A stretch of DNA of 64,000 bases from Candidatus Limnocylindria bacterium (GTDB lineage Bacteria; Verrucomicrobiota; Verrucomicrobiia; Limisphaerales; UBA9464): contig DATJII010000286.1 of assembly GCA_035493435.1 (NCBI GenBank), forward strand, positions 2,463-66,462. Reading direction: 5' to 3'. Every line of letters begins with the position of its first letter. The first letter of the stretch is position 1. Positions 38,101 through 46,620 of this stretch are shown here, in pieces. The position numbers and the translations under genes are program-made. Under the pieces are notes generated by a model. It worked only from the letters and a program-made list of their open reading frames with translations. It was not told where the DNA came from and searched no databases.

Positions 38101-40764
38101 AGCTACTTGTCGGATCGCGTGGAAACCACTCTGAACGCGGACGGGGCCTACGTTGCGGTGGCGGCAGGCCGCCGTTACCGGATAAGTTTCGACGCCCGCT
38201 GGCTTTCCGGGTCACCCCAGTTGCATACGGAACTTTACTATAACAAAGTCGCCCATACCACGATCTTGCCGGTTCCAGAACTGTTGGGGACGCCCGGTCA
38301 ACGGAATTCGACATTGGTGACGAATTCAGGGCCAACGTTTGCACATCTGGGCTACGCACCTGTAATGCCAAACGGAGGCGAAACGATTGATGTGAACGTC
38401 GACGTGAACGACCCGGACGGGGTGCAGCAGGTTCGGTTATACTACTCGGTGAATGGAGCAGGATGGGTGACGGTGTCGATGAACACCACTGTGCCGGGCT
38501 TTAGCACCTATCGCGGAACGTTGCCCGCCCAATTGGGAGGTGCGGTGATTCAGTATTACGCGGAGGCCAGGGATCGACTAGGCGCCACTTCGGTCTATCC
38601 AAGTGCTGGGCCCAATTCCCGGGCGCTCATCAAAGTGGAGCCGACTCGATTTCTCGGGGATAAGCAGAGCTTTCGGATTGTCATGACCGCGCGCGATGCC
38701 GCTACGTTGCACGATCCCCTCAACATGATGAGTGACGAACCGCTCGGCTGCACCATCATCCACAATGAATCGGAGGTTTTCTACGACGCCCACATTCACC
38801 TGCATGGCAGCATGTTCAGTCGAAACGATCCCGCTACGACCGGTTTTTCCATAGATTTTCCGGCGGACCACCTGTTTCGCGGCACGCGGGGATCGGTCGT
38901 CGTGCGAAGGAGTGATCTGGTGCAGGTCCTGGGCAAGCATATCCTCAATCAGGTGGGTGGATTGCCGGGCAACTATGATGATGTCATTTACCTCCTTTCT
39001 CATCGGTCCGATAATGTGGGTAATGCGACCTTGAACCTCGCGAACTACGACGATACCTACGTCAAGTCGCAGTTCGAGGGTGACGACAATGGCACTCTTT
39101 ATAAGATGGAGGGAATTCGGGAGTATGTTGCCACGGACAACGGTTCACCCGAAGGCAACAAGCTATCCCAACCCATCGGCTGGATCCAATCGTTCGACCT
39201 GGCCGACTTCGGTAATGACAAGGAACAGTATCGCTGGGGCGTTCTGATTTCGAATCAACGCGCTCGTGATGATTACGCCCCGATTATCGCCATGGGAAAG
39301 GCTTTTGGCCAAACCGATCCCGTGAAACTCAAGGCCGCCGTTGCGGCGGCCATCGATGTCGATGAATGGGCCCGGTATTTTGCTATCCAGATGCTGGCGG
39401 GCGTGGGTGATATTTATGGGGTGGACAATCCGCACAATATCTGTTTCTACGCCCGCCCGAGCGATGGGCGCGTGGTCGTGCTGCAAAACGACTGGGGGTA
39501 TCTCTTCGCCCAGGATTCGTCGTCTTCGATCTATGGTGGCCAGAATGTATTCAAGGTGCTGAATCGCCCTGGCTTTAAGCGGTTATATCTGGGGCATTTG
39601 CTCGACCTCATCAATTCCGACTACAATGGCGCCTACCTGCAACGTTGGGTGCAGCATTTCAACCTGGTGGCCGGCTACAATTATAACTATGCGCTGACGT
39701 ATGTCGATGCCCGGGTGGCGGCGGTACGCCGGCAATTGCCGGCCAACGTGCCTTTCACCATCACGTCCCAGGGAGGAGTCGATTTTACCACGAATGCGGC
39801 TTCGGTGACGCTCGACGGGCAGGGATGGATTAATGTGCGACGAATCAGTCTTGGCGGACAAACCAATGGCCTATCGGTGGAATGGCTGGATGACCAGCAC
39901 TGGCGGACAGTGATACCCCTCGCGCCCGGTACCAATGTTCTCCATCTCGTGGCGTATGATTTGCAGGACCAGTTGGTGGGCGAGGATACGATTGCCGTCA
40001 CGTCCACTGCGCTGGACAATGCGCAGCGCCAGTTCCTGAGGATCAGCGAGCTCATGTATTATCCGACGAATGCATCGGTGGCTGAGGTTTCCGCCGGGTT
40101 CAATAACAACGACGACTTCGAGTTTGTCGAACTCATCAATACCGGAACCAACCGATTGTCCTTGCTGGGGGTGCGGTTTAACACCGGGATCACCTTTGAT
40201 TTCTCGAGTGGCAGCATCACCAATCTCGAGGCCGGAGCACGCTTGATTATCGCGGGCAAGAAAAGCGCTTTCGATTTTCGCTATGGTACCGGGTTGCCCG
40301 TCACTGGCTCCTTTTCAGGCCACCTGAGCAACGAAGGTGAACTGCTTCGATTGATCGATGCGTATGGAAACGTCATCGAGGAAATGACTTATGGGACGAG
40401 CCTCCCCTGGCCGGTAGAGGCGGCAGGCGAGGGGAGTTCGCTGGAAAGGGTAGATGCAGCGCGCAACGCAAATGATCCTATGAATTGGCGGGCCAGCCGG
40501 TTCTCTGCTCCCACACCTGGGCTGTCACCCGCCACGGACGCGACATTTTCGGGCGTGGCCTACGGGGGAAACGGATTGCATCTCAAGTTCATGGCTGAAG
40601 CGGGAAAGAGTTATACCGTTTACCGCGCCGACAGCCTTGCCAATCCTCACTGGGTTTTCGTGGCACGGTTTTCGCCCGTGGCACCTGGTACACCATCGGA
40701 AGTGGTTGTCCCATTGGCCAACGAATCGGCCTCGGATCAATTCTACCGATTGGTGAGTCCTTGA
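35176..40764 (+). CDS. Giant secreted lamin-tail-domain (LTD x4) / LamG / CotH-kinase-family protein
   Basis: Signal peptide MSLPNPRAWHIFAWVTVFWAMAFAVRAASA. LTD signatures (V.FNE.MY.P...EW.E.YN....DLSGW, ..PWP..A.G.G.SL) occur 4 times. LamG block (LTIACWV, GRLDEVGIW). CotH-like core (HNICFYARPSDGRVVVLQNDWGY). Confidence 0.8.
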   Translation: MSLPNPRAWHIFAWVTVFWAMAFAVRAASAPDLSSAADSVVTFNEVMYRPPGDPAAGEWLEVYNAMSIDIDLSGWRVEGGVQYQFPRNTVLLANQYLVVAADPAALRQAVSRANIVGPFAGRLSNSGDRLVLRNRSGRLMDELTYGEETPWPPGANGSGGSLAKREKYAASSPAENWQVSVQTGGTPGTENFPSSTDIPLMVDTFLDVTSPGRWKVPEATETSLEWTHPSFNDASWNAGTASLGFDEKGASLVPLADRAYGLDGDPTDSSGHGIHGSLQGGLFSTNVPPPIARGQSLLFDGQSTEVRVPDTVNPLQYTIACWVEVEEVRACSLIVRTDGWGPDRDWSHQLRINANGHFEHYLYDGGEHTVTALETITPGVWYHVAGTAISGGPMRLYVNGKATGGTVAVGSLWSGGDQWRFGTDSGHTPHFFHGRLDEVGIWMTALRVDQIQLLAGGIGLSSLGGYAPLIRTDLKDAMFGRHSSFRVRLPFLVAPNSAYSALGLQVRYDDGYVAFLNGTELARRNAPDTLTGDSTALVKRTRSEAIAVDHLDLSSMVGLLRPGTNVLAVQGLNVSSNDVNVLLTLALAGTEAPPPKVADVSFSEIGPGGGRDFFIEIMNRAASPVNLAGYRLSTSNGKEFVFGSFSVAAKSYGLLRTNELGFAVMPGTRLFLSGPQGAIVDAAETTDRLQGRLIGDSAPTWFSPSEPTPGGVNTFEFRNEVVINEIMYHAPVRYTTNDPPQAFVQEEQWVELYNRSDHVVDLSGWQVTGLIGYRFPLGTALPPDGYLVIARDASALRARYPNIVVMGNFEGKLSHRGGSVVLRDAAGNPANEVTYYSGSPWPEAADGGGSSLELIDPRADNAKPEAWAASLESAKSGWQHYSYEASAVTPRYTPNTAFFREFRLGLLKAGEVLVDNVSVLELNPAGANRELIQNSSFESGTANWRLLGNHRRTHAEADPVDPSNGVLDLFATGPCSYLSDRVETTLNADGAYVAVAAGRRYRISFDARWLSGSPQLHTELYYNKVAHTTILPVPELLGTPGQRNSTLVTNSGPTFAHLGYAPVMPNGGETIDVNVDVNDPDGVQQVRLYYSVNGAGWVTVSMNTTVPGFSTYRGTLPAQLGGAVIQYYAEARDRLGATSVYPSAGPNSRALIKVEPTRFLGDKQSFRIVMTARDAATLHDPLNMMSDEPLGCTIIHNESEVFYDAHIHLHGSMFSRNDPATTGFSIDFPADHLFRGTRGSVVVRRSDLVQVLGKHILNQVGGLPGNYDDVIYLLSHRSDNVGNATLNLANYDDTYVKSQFEGDDNGTLYKMEGIREYVATDNGSPEGNKLSQPIGWIQSFDLADFGNDKEQYRWGVLISNQRARDDYAPIIAMGKAFGQTDPVKLKAAVAAAIDVDEWARYFAIQMLAGVGDIYGVDNPHNICFYARPSDGRVVVLQNDWGYLFAQDSSSSIYGGQNVFKVLNRPGFKRLYLGHLLDLINSDYNGAYLQRWVQHFNLVAGYNYNYALTYVDARVAAVRRQLPANVPFTITSQGGVDFTTNAASVTLDGQGWINVRRISLGGQTNGLSVEWLDDQHWRTVIPLAPGTNVLHLVAYDLQDQLVGEDTIAVTSTALDNAQRQFLRISELMYYPTNASVAEVSAGFNNNDDFEFVELINTGTNRLSLLGVRFNTGITFDFSSGSITNLEAGARLIIAGKKSAFDFRYGTGLPVTGSFSGHLSNEGELLRLIDAYGNVIEEMTYGTSLPWPVEAAGEGSSLERVDAARNANDPMNWRASRFSAPTPGLSPATDATFSGVAYGGNGLHLKFMAEAGKSYTVYRADSLANPHWVFVARFSPVAPGTPSEVVVPLANESASDQFYRLVSP

Positions 40765-40781
40765 TTCGCAAGATGTTTTCG

Positions 40782-41903
40782 TCACGCCTTCAAGAATATC
40801 CTGCGACGATAGAGCCAATACAGAACCAGCCACGCACTCGCGGCAAACAGCAGTCGTTGCAACACAGGGAACCATTCGGCACCCAGGGGATCTCGGAGCC
40901 CGGCAATCCAGACGTCGGTTAGGCTGCGAAACCATCCGCCAAGGCAATTGGCCATGAAGTAAGCAGCCATGGAATTGGCGCCTACCACGATCAAAGGGAA
41001 AGCCCATTTTTTCCAACCTATGGCGTCGACCAGCCAGTAGAAGGTGGCGAGGAACAGGATGGACCAGCCACCTGCGAAGAGCGTGAAGGTTGGGGTCCAG
41101 ATTCGCTTGATGATCGGGAACCAATGGCCCGAGGCGTAGCCCGCCAAGAGCAGGGCACAGCCACTAATCAACAAAACACGCACGATACGCTTGGGTGCGA
41201 GATTTTTCTGCAGGAGTTGTCCGGCCATCACGCCGAAAAAGATCATCACCGAGGCGGGGATGGCGTTCGATCCCACGTAGTAATTGGAGTAGTTGCGCCC
41301 CAGCATCCATTGATCCAGGGCGCTGCCGATGTTTTGGTTTCCTTGAGCCCAGGGACCACCGGGACCGTTCCACGGGTTATACATCCAGGCGAGCTGGTAG
41401 GCGATGAGTGTGACGCCCGCAACCGTCGCCTGGACCCGGGGTGAACGGTCCAACAGGAAGAAGACCAGAATATAGCCAATTGCAATTTGCTGCAGGACGC
41501 GTATAAACCCGATCTGGATCGTTGTGGCGCCGAAATGATCGAGCAGGGTGCCGATTAGCATCAAGGTGAAGGCCCGGAAAAGGGCATGGCGGAATTGCTG
41601 TCTCCACGAGTTTCCAGCTGCGGCGCGCCGGGAAAATGCCAGTGGCATGGCCACACCCACGATGAACATGAATGACGGCTGAATCAGGTCCCAATAGACG
41701 CAGCCTTCCCACTCGACATGTTCCGTTTGGACGTAAAGCCAGTTCCAGGTGGGATGGCCTTTCAGGGAATTGAAAATCCCGGCACAAAGGAGTGTCAGCA
41801 TGATCCATCCGCGATAGGCGTCCAGCGAGAGCAGACGCGGGGGTGGGCCAGCCTTGGGCGGCGTTTCCAAATTCATATCGGTCTTGGAATTATCGCCGCT
41901 CAT
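40782..41903 (-). CDS. Acyltransferase-3/DUF5009 (heparan-alpha-glucosaminide N-acetyltransferase-like) membrane protein, paralogue 1
   Basis: RLLSLDAYRGWIMLTL... and about 10 TM helices. Start set at MSGDNSK (ATG complement of 41901-41903) because the longer ORF overlaps paralogue 2. Confidence 0.75.
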   Translation of the reverse strand: MSGDNSKTDMNLETPPKAGPPPRLLSLDAYRGWIMLTLLCAGIFNSLKGHPTWNWLYVQTEHVEWEGCVYWDLIQPSFMFIVGVAMPLAFSRRAAAGNSWRQQFRHALFRAFTLMLIGTLLDHFGATTIQIGFIRVLQQIAIGYILVFFLLDRSPRVQATVAGVTLIAYQLAWMYNPWNGPGGPWAQGNQNIGSALDQWMLGRNYSNYYVGSNAIPASVMIFFGVMAGQLLQKNLAPKRIVRVLLISGCALLLAGYASGHWFPIIKRIWTPTFTLFAGGWSILFLATFYWLVDAIGWKKWAFPLIVVGANSMAAYFMANCLGGWFRSLTDVWIAGLRDPLGAEWFPVLQRLLFAASAWLVLYWLYRRRIFLKA

Positions 41904-41923
41904 ATCCGTACGGAAACGGGAAC

Positions 41924-43051
41924 CTAAACCCGCAGGAAGATTTTCCGAACGTAGAGAAACCTGGCGACTGCGAGGCAGATGCCCAGCGCCAGCAGGTTGG
42001 TGACCCAGTTGCCCATTCCTTTTCCCGCCGAAGCGTCGAGCCAAGTCGTCAACGGACCGCCGGTGACGCGGGTGGCCAGTGATTTGAAACTGACGACATT
42101 CCGGATGAGATAAACGGTGATGGAGTTCATTCCGATCCATATGAAGGGCTGGGCCCACCGCTGCCAGCCCCGCACGTCGATCAGGTAGTAGAACACCGCG
42201 AGAAACAGAAAACTCCAGCCCCCGGCGAAGCAGACAAATGATGACGTCCATAGCTTCTTGATGATGGGAAAGGCCATCCCCCAGCCGACTCCCACCACGA
42301 TCAGGCTTAGTCCGACGACCACGAGTGTTCGGAGTCGTCGCCCGTGGTCGGTCTTAGGGTCACGGAGGATCAATCCCGCGAAGACACCCAAAAGGCACGA
42401 AGCCACGGCGGGCAGGGTACTGAGCAATCCTTCCGGATCCCATTGACCGTCCCACTTGAACCCCGGGAGGAATTGTGAATCCACCCAGTTGGTGAGGTTT
42501 TTACCCTCTTCGAAATGGCCAGCGCCCACGCCCGGAACCGGTATCAAGGCCAGCATCGCCCAATAGCCCAGGAGGATCGCCGCGCACCAACCGATCAAGG
42601 CCCGGGGCTTGAAGAAGAGGTATAATGCACCCGCGGCAAAATAGGCGATGCCAATGCGTTGCAACACGCCGAGGACACGCACGCTCTCAGGGTGTGAATT
42701 CCGATAATAGAGCATGCCCAAAACCACGAGCAGCAATCCCCGCCGGGCGAGCCGCCAAAACGCCGCCGCTTTGCCGCCCTCGGCCATTTTACCACCCAGG
42801 GAAAAGACGAGCGATACGCCCGCCATGAAAACAAACAGCGGAAAGATCAGGTCCTCAAAGTGAAATCCCTCCCAATCAGCGTGTTCGAATTGGTCCGCCA
42901 CACGTTTGCCGGTGGGGCCAAAATTCGCAAAGATCTGGGCCAGGGAGTCACCTCCCACGATCCAGAACATGTCGAACCCTCGTAGCGCGTCGAGGCTGGC
43001 CAGCCGTTGTTTGGGTGCCGGACTGGCCTTGATGGTGGATTCGGTGGACAT
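41924..43051 (-). CDS. Acyltransferase-3/DUF5009 (HGSNAT-like) membrane protein, paralogue 2
   Basis: KQRLASLDALRGFDMFWIVGG...FHFEDLIFPLFVFMAGVS. Polytopic. Confidence 0.8.
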   Translation of the reverse strand: MSTESTIKASPAPKQRLASLDALRGFDMFWIVGGDSLAQIFANFGPTGKRVADQFEHADWEGFHFEDLIFPLFVFMAGVSLVFSLGGKMAEGGKAAAFWRLARRGLLLVVLGMLYYRNSHPESVRVLGVLQRIGIAYFAAGALYLFFKPRALIGWCAAILLGYWAMLALIPVPGVGAGHFEEGKNLTNWVDSQFLPGFKWDGQWDPEGLLSTLPAVASCLLGVFAGLILRDPKTDHGRRLRTLVVVGLSLIVVGVGWGMAFPIIKKLWTSSFVCFAGGWSFLFLAVFYYLIDVRGWQRWAQPFIWIGMNSITVYLIRNVVSFKSLATRVTGGPLTTWLDASAGKGMGNWVTNLLALGICLAVARFLYVRKIFLRV

Positions 43052-43081
43052 GGGATTGAAACCAAAGTCGCCATCGATGGC

Positions 43082-44212
43082 TTAGACGCGAAGGAACAGC
43101 TTTCGGACGTAGAGGAACCTGGCAATGGCCACGCAGAGTATCAGGCCCGCAAGATCGGTGACCCACGCGCCCGCGCCTTTGCCCACTGCGCCATCGAGCC
43201 AATGGCTGAGTGGACCACCCGTGATCCGTCCCGCCAGCGACGTATAGTTCATCACGTTCTCCAGGAGATAGATCGTGATCGAGTTCATCCCGATCCAAAT
43301 GAAAGGCTTGGCCCAGGTTTGGATGCCACGGACGTCGACAATATAATAGAACGATGCGAGCAGCAGAAAACTCCAGCCCCCCGCCACACAGACGAACGAC
43401 GACGTCCACAGCTTCTTGATGATCGGAAAGACCGTGCCCCAGCCAAAGCCCACTGCCAAAAGCGACACGCCCAGGACGAGGAACAGACGGATACGTTCCT
43501 GATGCGTCTTATTCGGATCGCGGATGATCAATCCGGCGAAGACACCCAGGAGACAAGAACCCACTGCAGGCAGCGTGCTCAAAAGGCCTTCCGGGTCCCA
43601 TTGGCCATCCCACTTGAAACCTGGCAGATATTGGGAATCCACCCAATTGGTCAGGTTTTTACCTTCCTCGAAGTGACCCGCCCCAATGCCTGGCACCGGA
43701 ATCAAGGCCAGCATGGCCCAATACCCAACTAGAATGGCGGCACACCAGCCAATCAGCGCCTTTGGTTTGAAGAAGAGAAAGAGGGTGCCAGCCCCCAGGT
43801 AGGCGAGGCCGATTCGTTGGAGCACCCCCAGCACCCGAACGCCACTTCGGGAACCGCGATAGTAGAGGATTCCCAAGACCACCAGCAGCAGAGCCCGGCG
43901 CGCCAACCGAAAGAATGCCGCCCCCTTGCCTCCCTCGGCCATCTTTCCTCCGAGGGAAAACACGAGGGAAACCCCAGCCATGAAAACGAACAGGGGGAAG
44001 ATCAGGTCTTCAAAATGGAACCCTTTCCACGCGACGTGATCGAATTGCTCGGCCACTTTCTTGCCCGGCTCTCCGAATACCGCCACTGCCTTGGCCAATT
44101 CGTCCCCGCCGACGATCCAGAACATGTCGAATCCCCTCAGGGCATCGAGGCTGACCAGCCGTTGTTTGGGCGGACTGGTGTTGGAGGGCGCTGGCGTCGC
44201 TTCGTCAGGCAT
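43082..44212 (-). CDS. Acyltransferase-3/DUF5009 (HGSNAT-like) membrane protein, paralogue 3
   Basis: KQRLVSLDALRGFDMFWIVGG... Roughly 80 percent identical to paralogue 2 over the stretches I aligned by eye. Confidence 0.8.
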   Translation of the reverse strand: MPDEATPAPSNTSPPKQRLVSLDALRGFDMFWIVGGDELAKAVAVFGEPGKKVAEQFDHVAWKGFHFEDLIFPLFVFMAGVSLVFSLGGKMAEGGKGAAFFRLARRALLLVVLGILYYRGSRSGVRVLGVLQRIGLAYLGAGTLFLFFKPKALIGWCAAILVGYWAMLALIPVPGIGAGHFEEGKNLTNWVDSQYLPGFKWDGQWDPEGLLSTLPAVGSCLLGVFAGLIIRDPNKTHQERIRLFLVLGVSLLAVGFGWGTVFPIIKKLWTSSFVCVAGGWSFLLLASFYYIVDVRGIQTWAKPFIWIGMNSITIYLLENVMNYTSLAGRITGGPLSHWLDGAVGKGAGAWVTDLAGLILCVAIARFLYVRKLFLRV

Positions 44213-44390
44213 GATGCCCCGGATGGCACCACAAGTTTAGGTGTGCATAAAGCGGGAAAAGCAGGTTAATCCGCGAGAACCGCCAAAATACGCTGAATGT
44301 CGCCAGAGAAGAAGGCGTCGCGGCATGCTTATAATGAGTCAAGCCAGGATACGTTTCATAAACGCCTCGCTTGCCGAGCGGCAGCCTGCG

Positions 44391-44924
44391 TCACTGCCCA
44401 CCTGAAAGCCCCGCGATCAAGTCCCGCGAGGCGACGCCTTCGGTCATGGCGGTCATGGCCCGTTGAGCTTCCAGGAGAGCGGCCTGAAATTCCCTTTCGA
44501 GGGCCACCGGTTCCTGAGCCTTCTTGAGAGTGGCTTTGAAAGCCAATTGCCACTGTTCCAACGACGGATCAGCCGTCGTGGGGGACTGCCACGGTTGCCA
44601 GACAGCCAGCACCGTTAGGACGGCGGCACATGCTCCGGTGACACTCAGCAAGCGGCTCCATGGGAAACCGTTTCCAGCCCAATGGGTCGAAGTCCGTTGG
44701 CTGAGCGGGGGGACGATCATTCGAGGCTGATTGGCCCACCCTTGTCGTTCGTGGGTGACAAGCTGGCCCATCTGTAGAATCACCGACGTCTGGGCTGTGA
44801 CCCAGGCGTGACAATCGGGGCAGGTGGCCAAGTGTCGGGAAACTTTTGGGCCGGGCGTCTGCCCGCCGTCCAGTTTCCATCCCGCGATCAACCTTACCAC
44901 TCGGCAAAACAATGACTCACTCAT
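44391..44924 (-). CDS. Anti-sigma factor (zf-HC2, single TM)
   Basis: Start MSESLF overlaps the sigma gene stop by 4 nt (ATGA). HLATCPDCHAW is the HxxxCxxC motif. TM segment LLSVTGACAAVLTVLAVW. Confidence 0.7.
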   Translation of the reverse strand: MSESLFCRVVRLIAGWKLDGGQTPGPKVSRHLATCPDCHAWVTAQTSVILQMGQLVTHERQGWANQPRMIVPPLSQRTSTHWAGNGFPWSRLLSVTGACAAVLTVLAVWQPWQSPTTADPSLEQWQLAFKATLKKAQEPVALEREFQAALLEAQRAMTAMTEGVASRDLIAGLSGGQ

Positions 44925-45613
44925 GATAAAAATCCCCCGTTGTTCGCAGCACGTTTGAAGCCATTCTGACGTAATTCCTTGGCCAGCGCGCTTCGTCCGC
45001 GATGCAGTAGTACCCGCACCCGTAATCGATTGGTCTTCATGACCTTGGCCACCTCTTCGATGTTGAATCCTTCGCCGTAACGCAACCACAAGGCCTCAAA
45101 CTGTGCGGGTTTCAGGCGTCGAGCATGTTCCCAAAGCTGGTGACGATCGTCAGATTCATCCAGTGAATGGGCTGGCGTGCGTTCCTCAACCGTGTCCGGC
45201 ACTTCCTCACCCGAATTGCGCCAATTGGCTCGCAGGTGGTTCAGTGTGTGATGCTTGGCGATCGTGAAAAGCCAGGCTGCCAGGCAGCATCGGCCGTCGA
45301 ACCGATCCAAGGCCCGATGGGCCTTCATGAAGACATCTTGAACCAAGTCTTCCGCGTCAGTCGGATTGCCACAAAGTTGCGCGACGTAGGCCAGCAATCG
45401 CGGTTGATACCTCTCCACCACTCGCCCAAAGGCCTCCAAATCACCTGCGCGAGCGGCGACGAGCCACTCCGACTCCTCAGTCGCCGTGGCGGCCTTGCTC
45501 GAATCCTCTCGCGCAGGCCATTCCGCCAAGGCGGTAGGCGCAGTGCTGGGGCTATGGGCAGGGATGTCCACCTCGGCAATCAGCAAGTCTTGGGTGATTG
45601 GTGCTCCCATCAC
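44921..45613 (-). CDS. ECF-type RNA polymerase sigma-70 family factor
   Basis: Region 2 AEDLVQDVFMKAHRAL..F; region 4 F.ALWLRYGEGFNIEEVAKVM......VRVLLHRGR. Confidence 0.85.
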   Translation of the reverse strand: MMGAPITQDLLIAEVDIPAHSPSTAPTALAEWPAREDSSKAATATEESEWLVAARAGDLEAFGRVVERYQPRLLAYVAQLCGNPTDAEDLVQDVFMKAHRALDRFDGRCCLAAWLFTIAKHHTLNHLRANWRNSGEEVPDTVEERTPAHSLDESDDRHQLWEHARRLKPAQFEALWLRYGEGFNIEEVAKVMKTNRLRVRVLLHRGRSALAKELRQNGFKRAANNGGFLS

Positions 45614-46563
45614 TTCTTCGCGTGTTGTTTGCCAGTCCCGATTTTCTTGATCAAATCCTCACTCGACATGTGCAGCTTTAGGGAAATCTCGCTCGCATCG
45701 CCGCCTACGGAAGCGGAAGTCGCCAGTTTTTTCAGGTCCTGATCGCCTTCACCGCTAAGTAAACCCAGGGAAATGATACCCTGCAATACTTGGCGAATCT
45801 GCGTTGCCACGTTCTTGTCGTTGGTTGTGAGATGCAGGTCGAGCTGGACGTCATTGTCCTTCTCGGCCATCACGAGCCGACCGTCGTTGCAGCGTTTGAG
45901 GATCGCCACTTCGCGTGAGAATTCCGCGCCTTCCAAGCCTTGGGGCGTCCGAACTTCCAAAACCGGTTCCAGCGTGGTGGCGAGCTTGGAGCCCGGTTTG
46001 CCGAGTGATGGTTCCTTGCCAGCGAATACAGCCTTGGCGTGGGCCAATTCTTCCTTGCTGCGAGCCAAGGCGAAGAGGTTTTTCCCCAACGAGGTGCCGT
46101 ACTGCTCCTTTTTCCAGATGTACAACCGCCCGCCGGTTTCTTCGACGACTTGGAGATCGGCGGCCAAGGCGAACGATTGGTCCTGCTCCTTTTGCCATAC
46201 CTTATCGAGGGTGTCGGTGATGCCCACGTCACCCTCCACGATCACCACGCCGTTCGGAACCCCGTTGGCTTTGAATTCCGTGCCATAAATGGTCAACGAG
46301 GTGGTCTTCCGCCAGGCAATTTCCGAATCAAAATCCTTTTTCAGGCCCTTGTTCAGTTTGCCCAATTCCCTCTCGAATATTGTATCCGCGATATGCTTGC
46401 CGACTTCGGTTTTCAGGAAGGCCTCGCCATCCAAGTGCAGGACCCACTTCGCGTCGCGCGCCACTCGTTGGGGAAGGAGCGGGCCGGCCACCACCGCAGT
46501 GGTGGCAAAACAAAACGCGCCCACGGTCGCCGCCCATTGCCAATTACGTTCTGAAGCCATCAT
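45610..46563 (-). CDS. Hypothetical secreted protein, first gene of the sigma/anti-sigma operon
   Basis: Signal-like N-terminus (WQWAATVGAFCFATTAVVAGP). Its stop overlaps the sigma gene start by 4 nt. No motif recognised. Confidence 0.6.
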   Translation of the reverse strand: MMASERNWQWAATVGAFCFATTAVVAGPLLPQRVARDAKWVLHLDGEAFLKTEVGKHIADTIFERELGKLNKGLKKDFDSEIAWRKTTSLTIYGTEFKANGVPNGVVIVEGDVGITDTLDKVWQKEQDQSFALAADLQVVEETGGRLYIWKKEQYGTSLGKNLFALARSKEELAHAKAVFAGKEPSLGKPGSKLATTLEPVLEVRTPQGLEGAEFSREVAILKRCNDGRLVMAEKDNDVQLDLHLTTNDKNVATQIRQVLQGIISLGLLSGEGDQDLKKLATSASVGGDASEISLKLHMSSEDLIKKIGTGKQHAKK

Positions 46564-46620
46564 TCAAAGGATCAAACACGCCTTCGCCCACGAGCGTTAC
46601 AAGTTTCCTTTCGAAATTGT

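Noticed and set aside
41904-42251. N-terminal extensions of several track ORFs (40782..42251, 50353..51711, 51183..52232, 26902..28128, 44391..45089, 57659..58168).
   Set aside because: Each extension overlaps the upstream gene's coding region and translates to Arg/Pro/His-rich junk. In each case an internal ATG lies just after the upstream stop and is followed by a plausible signal peptide or conserved N-terminus.
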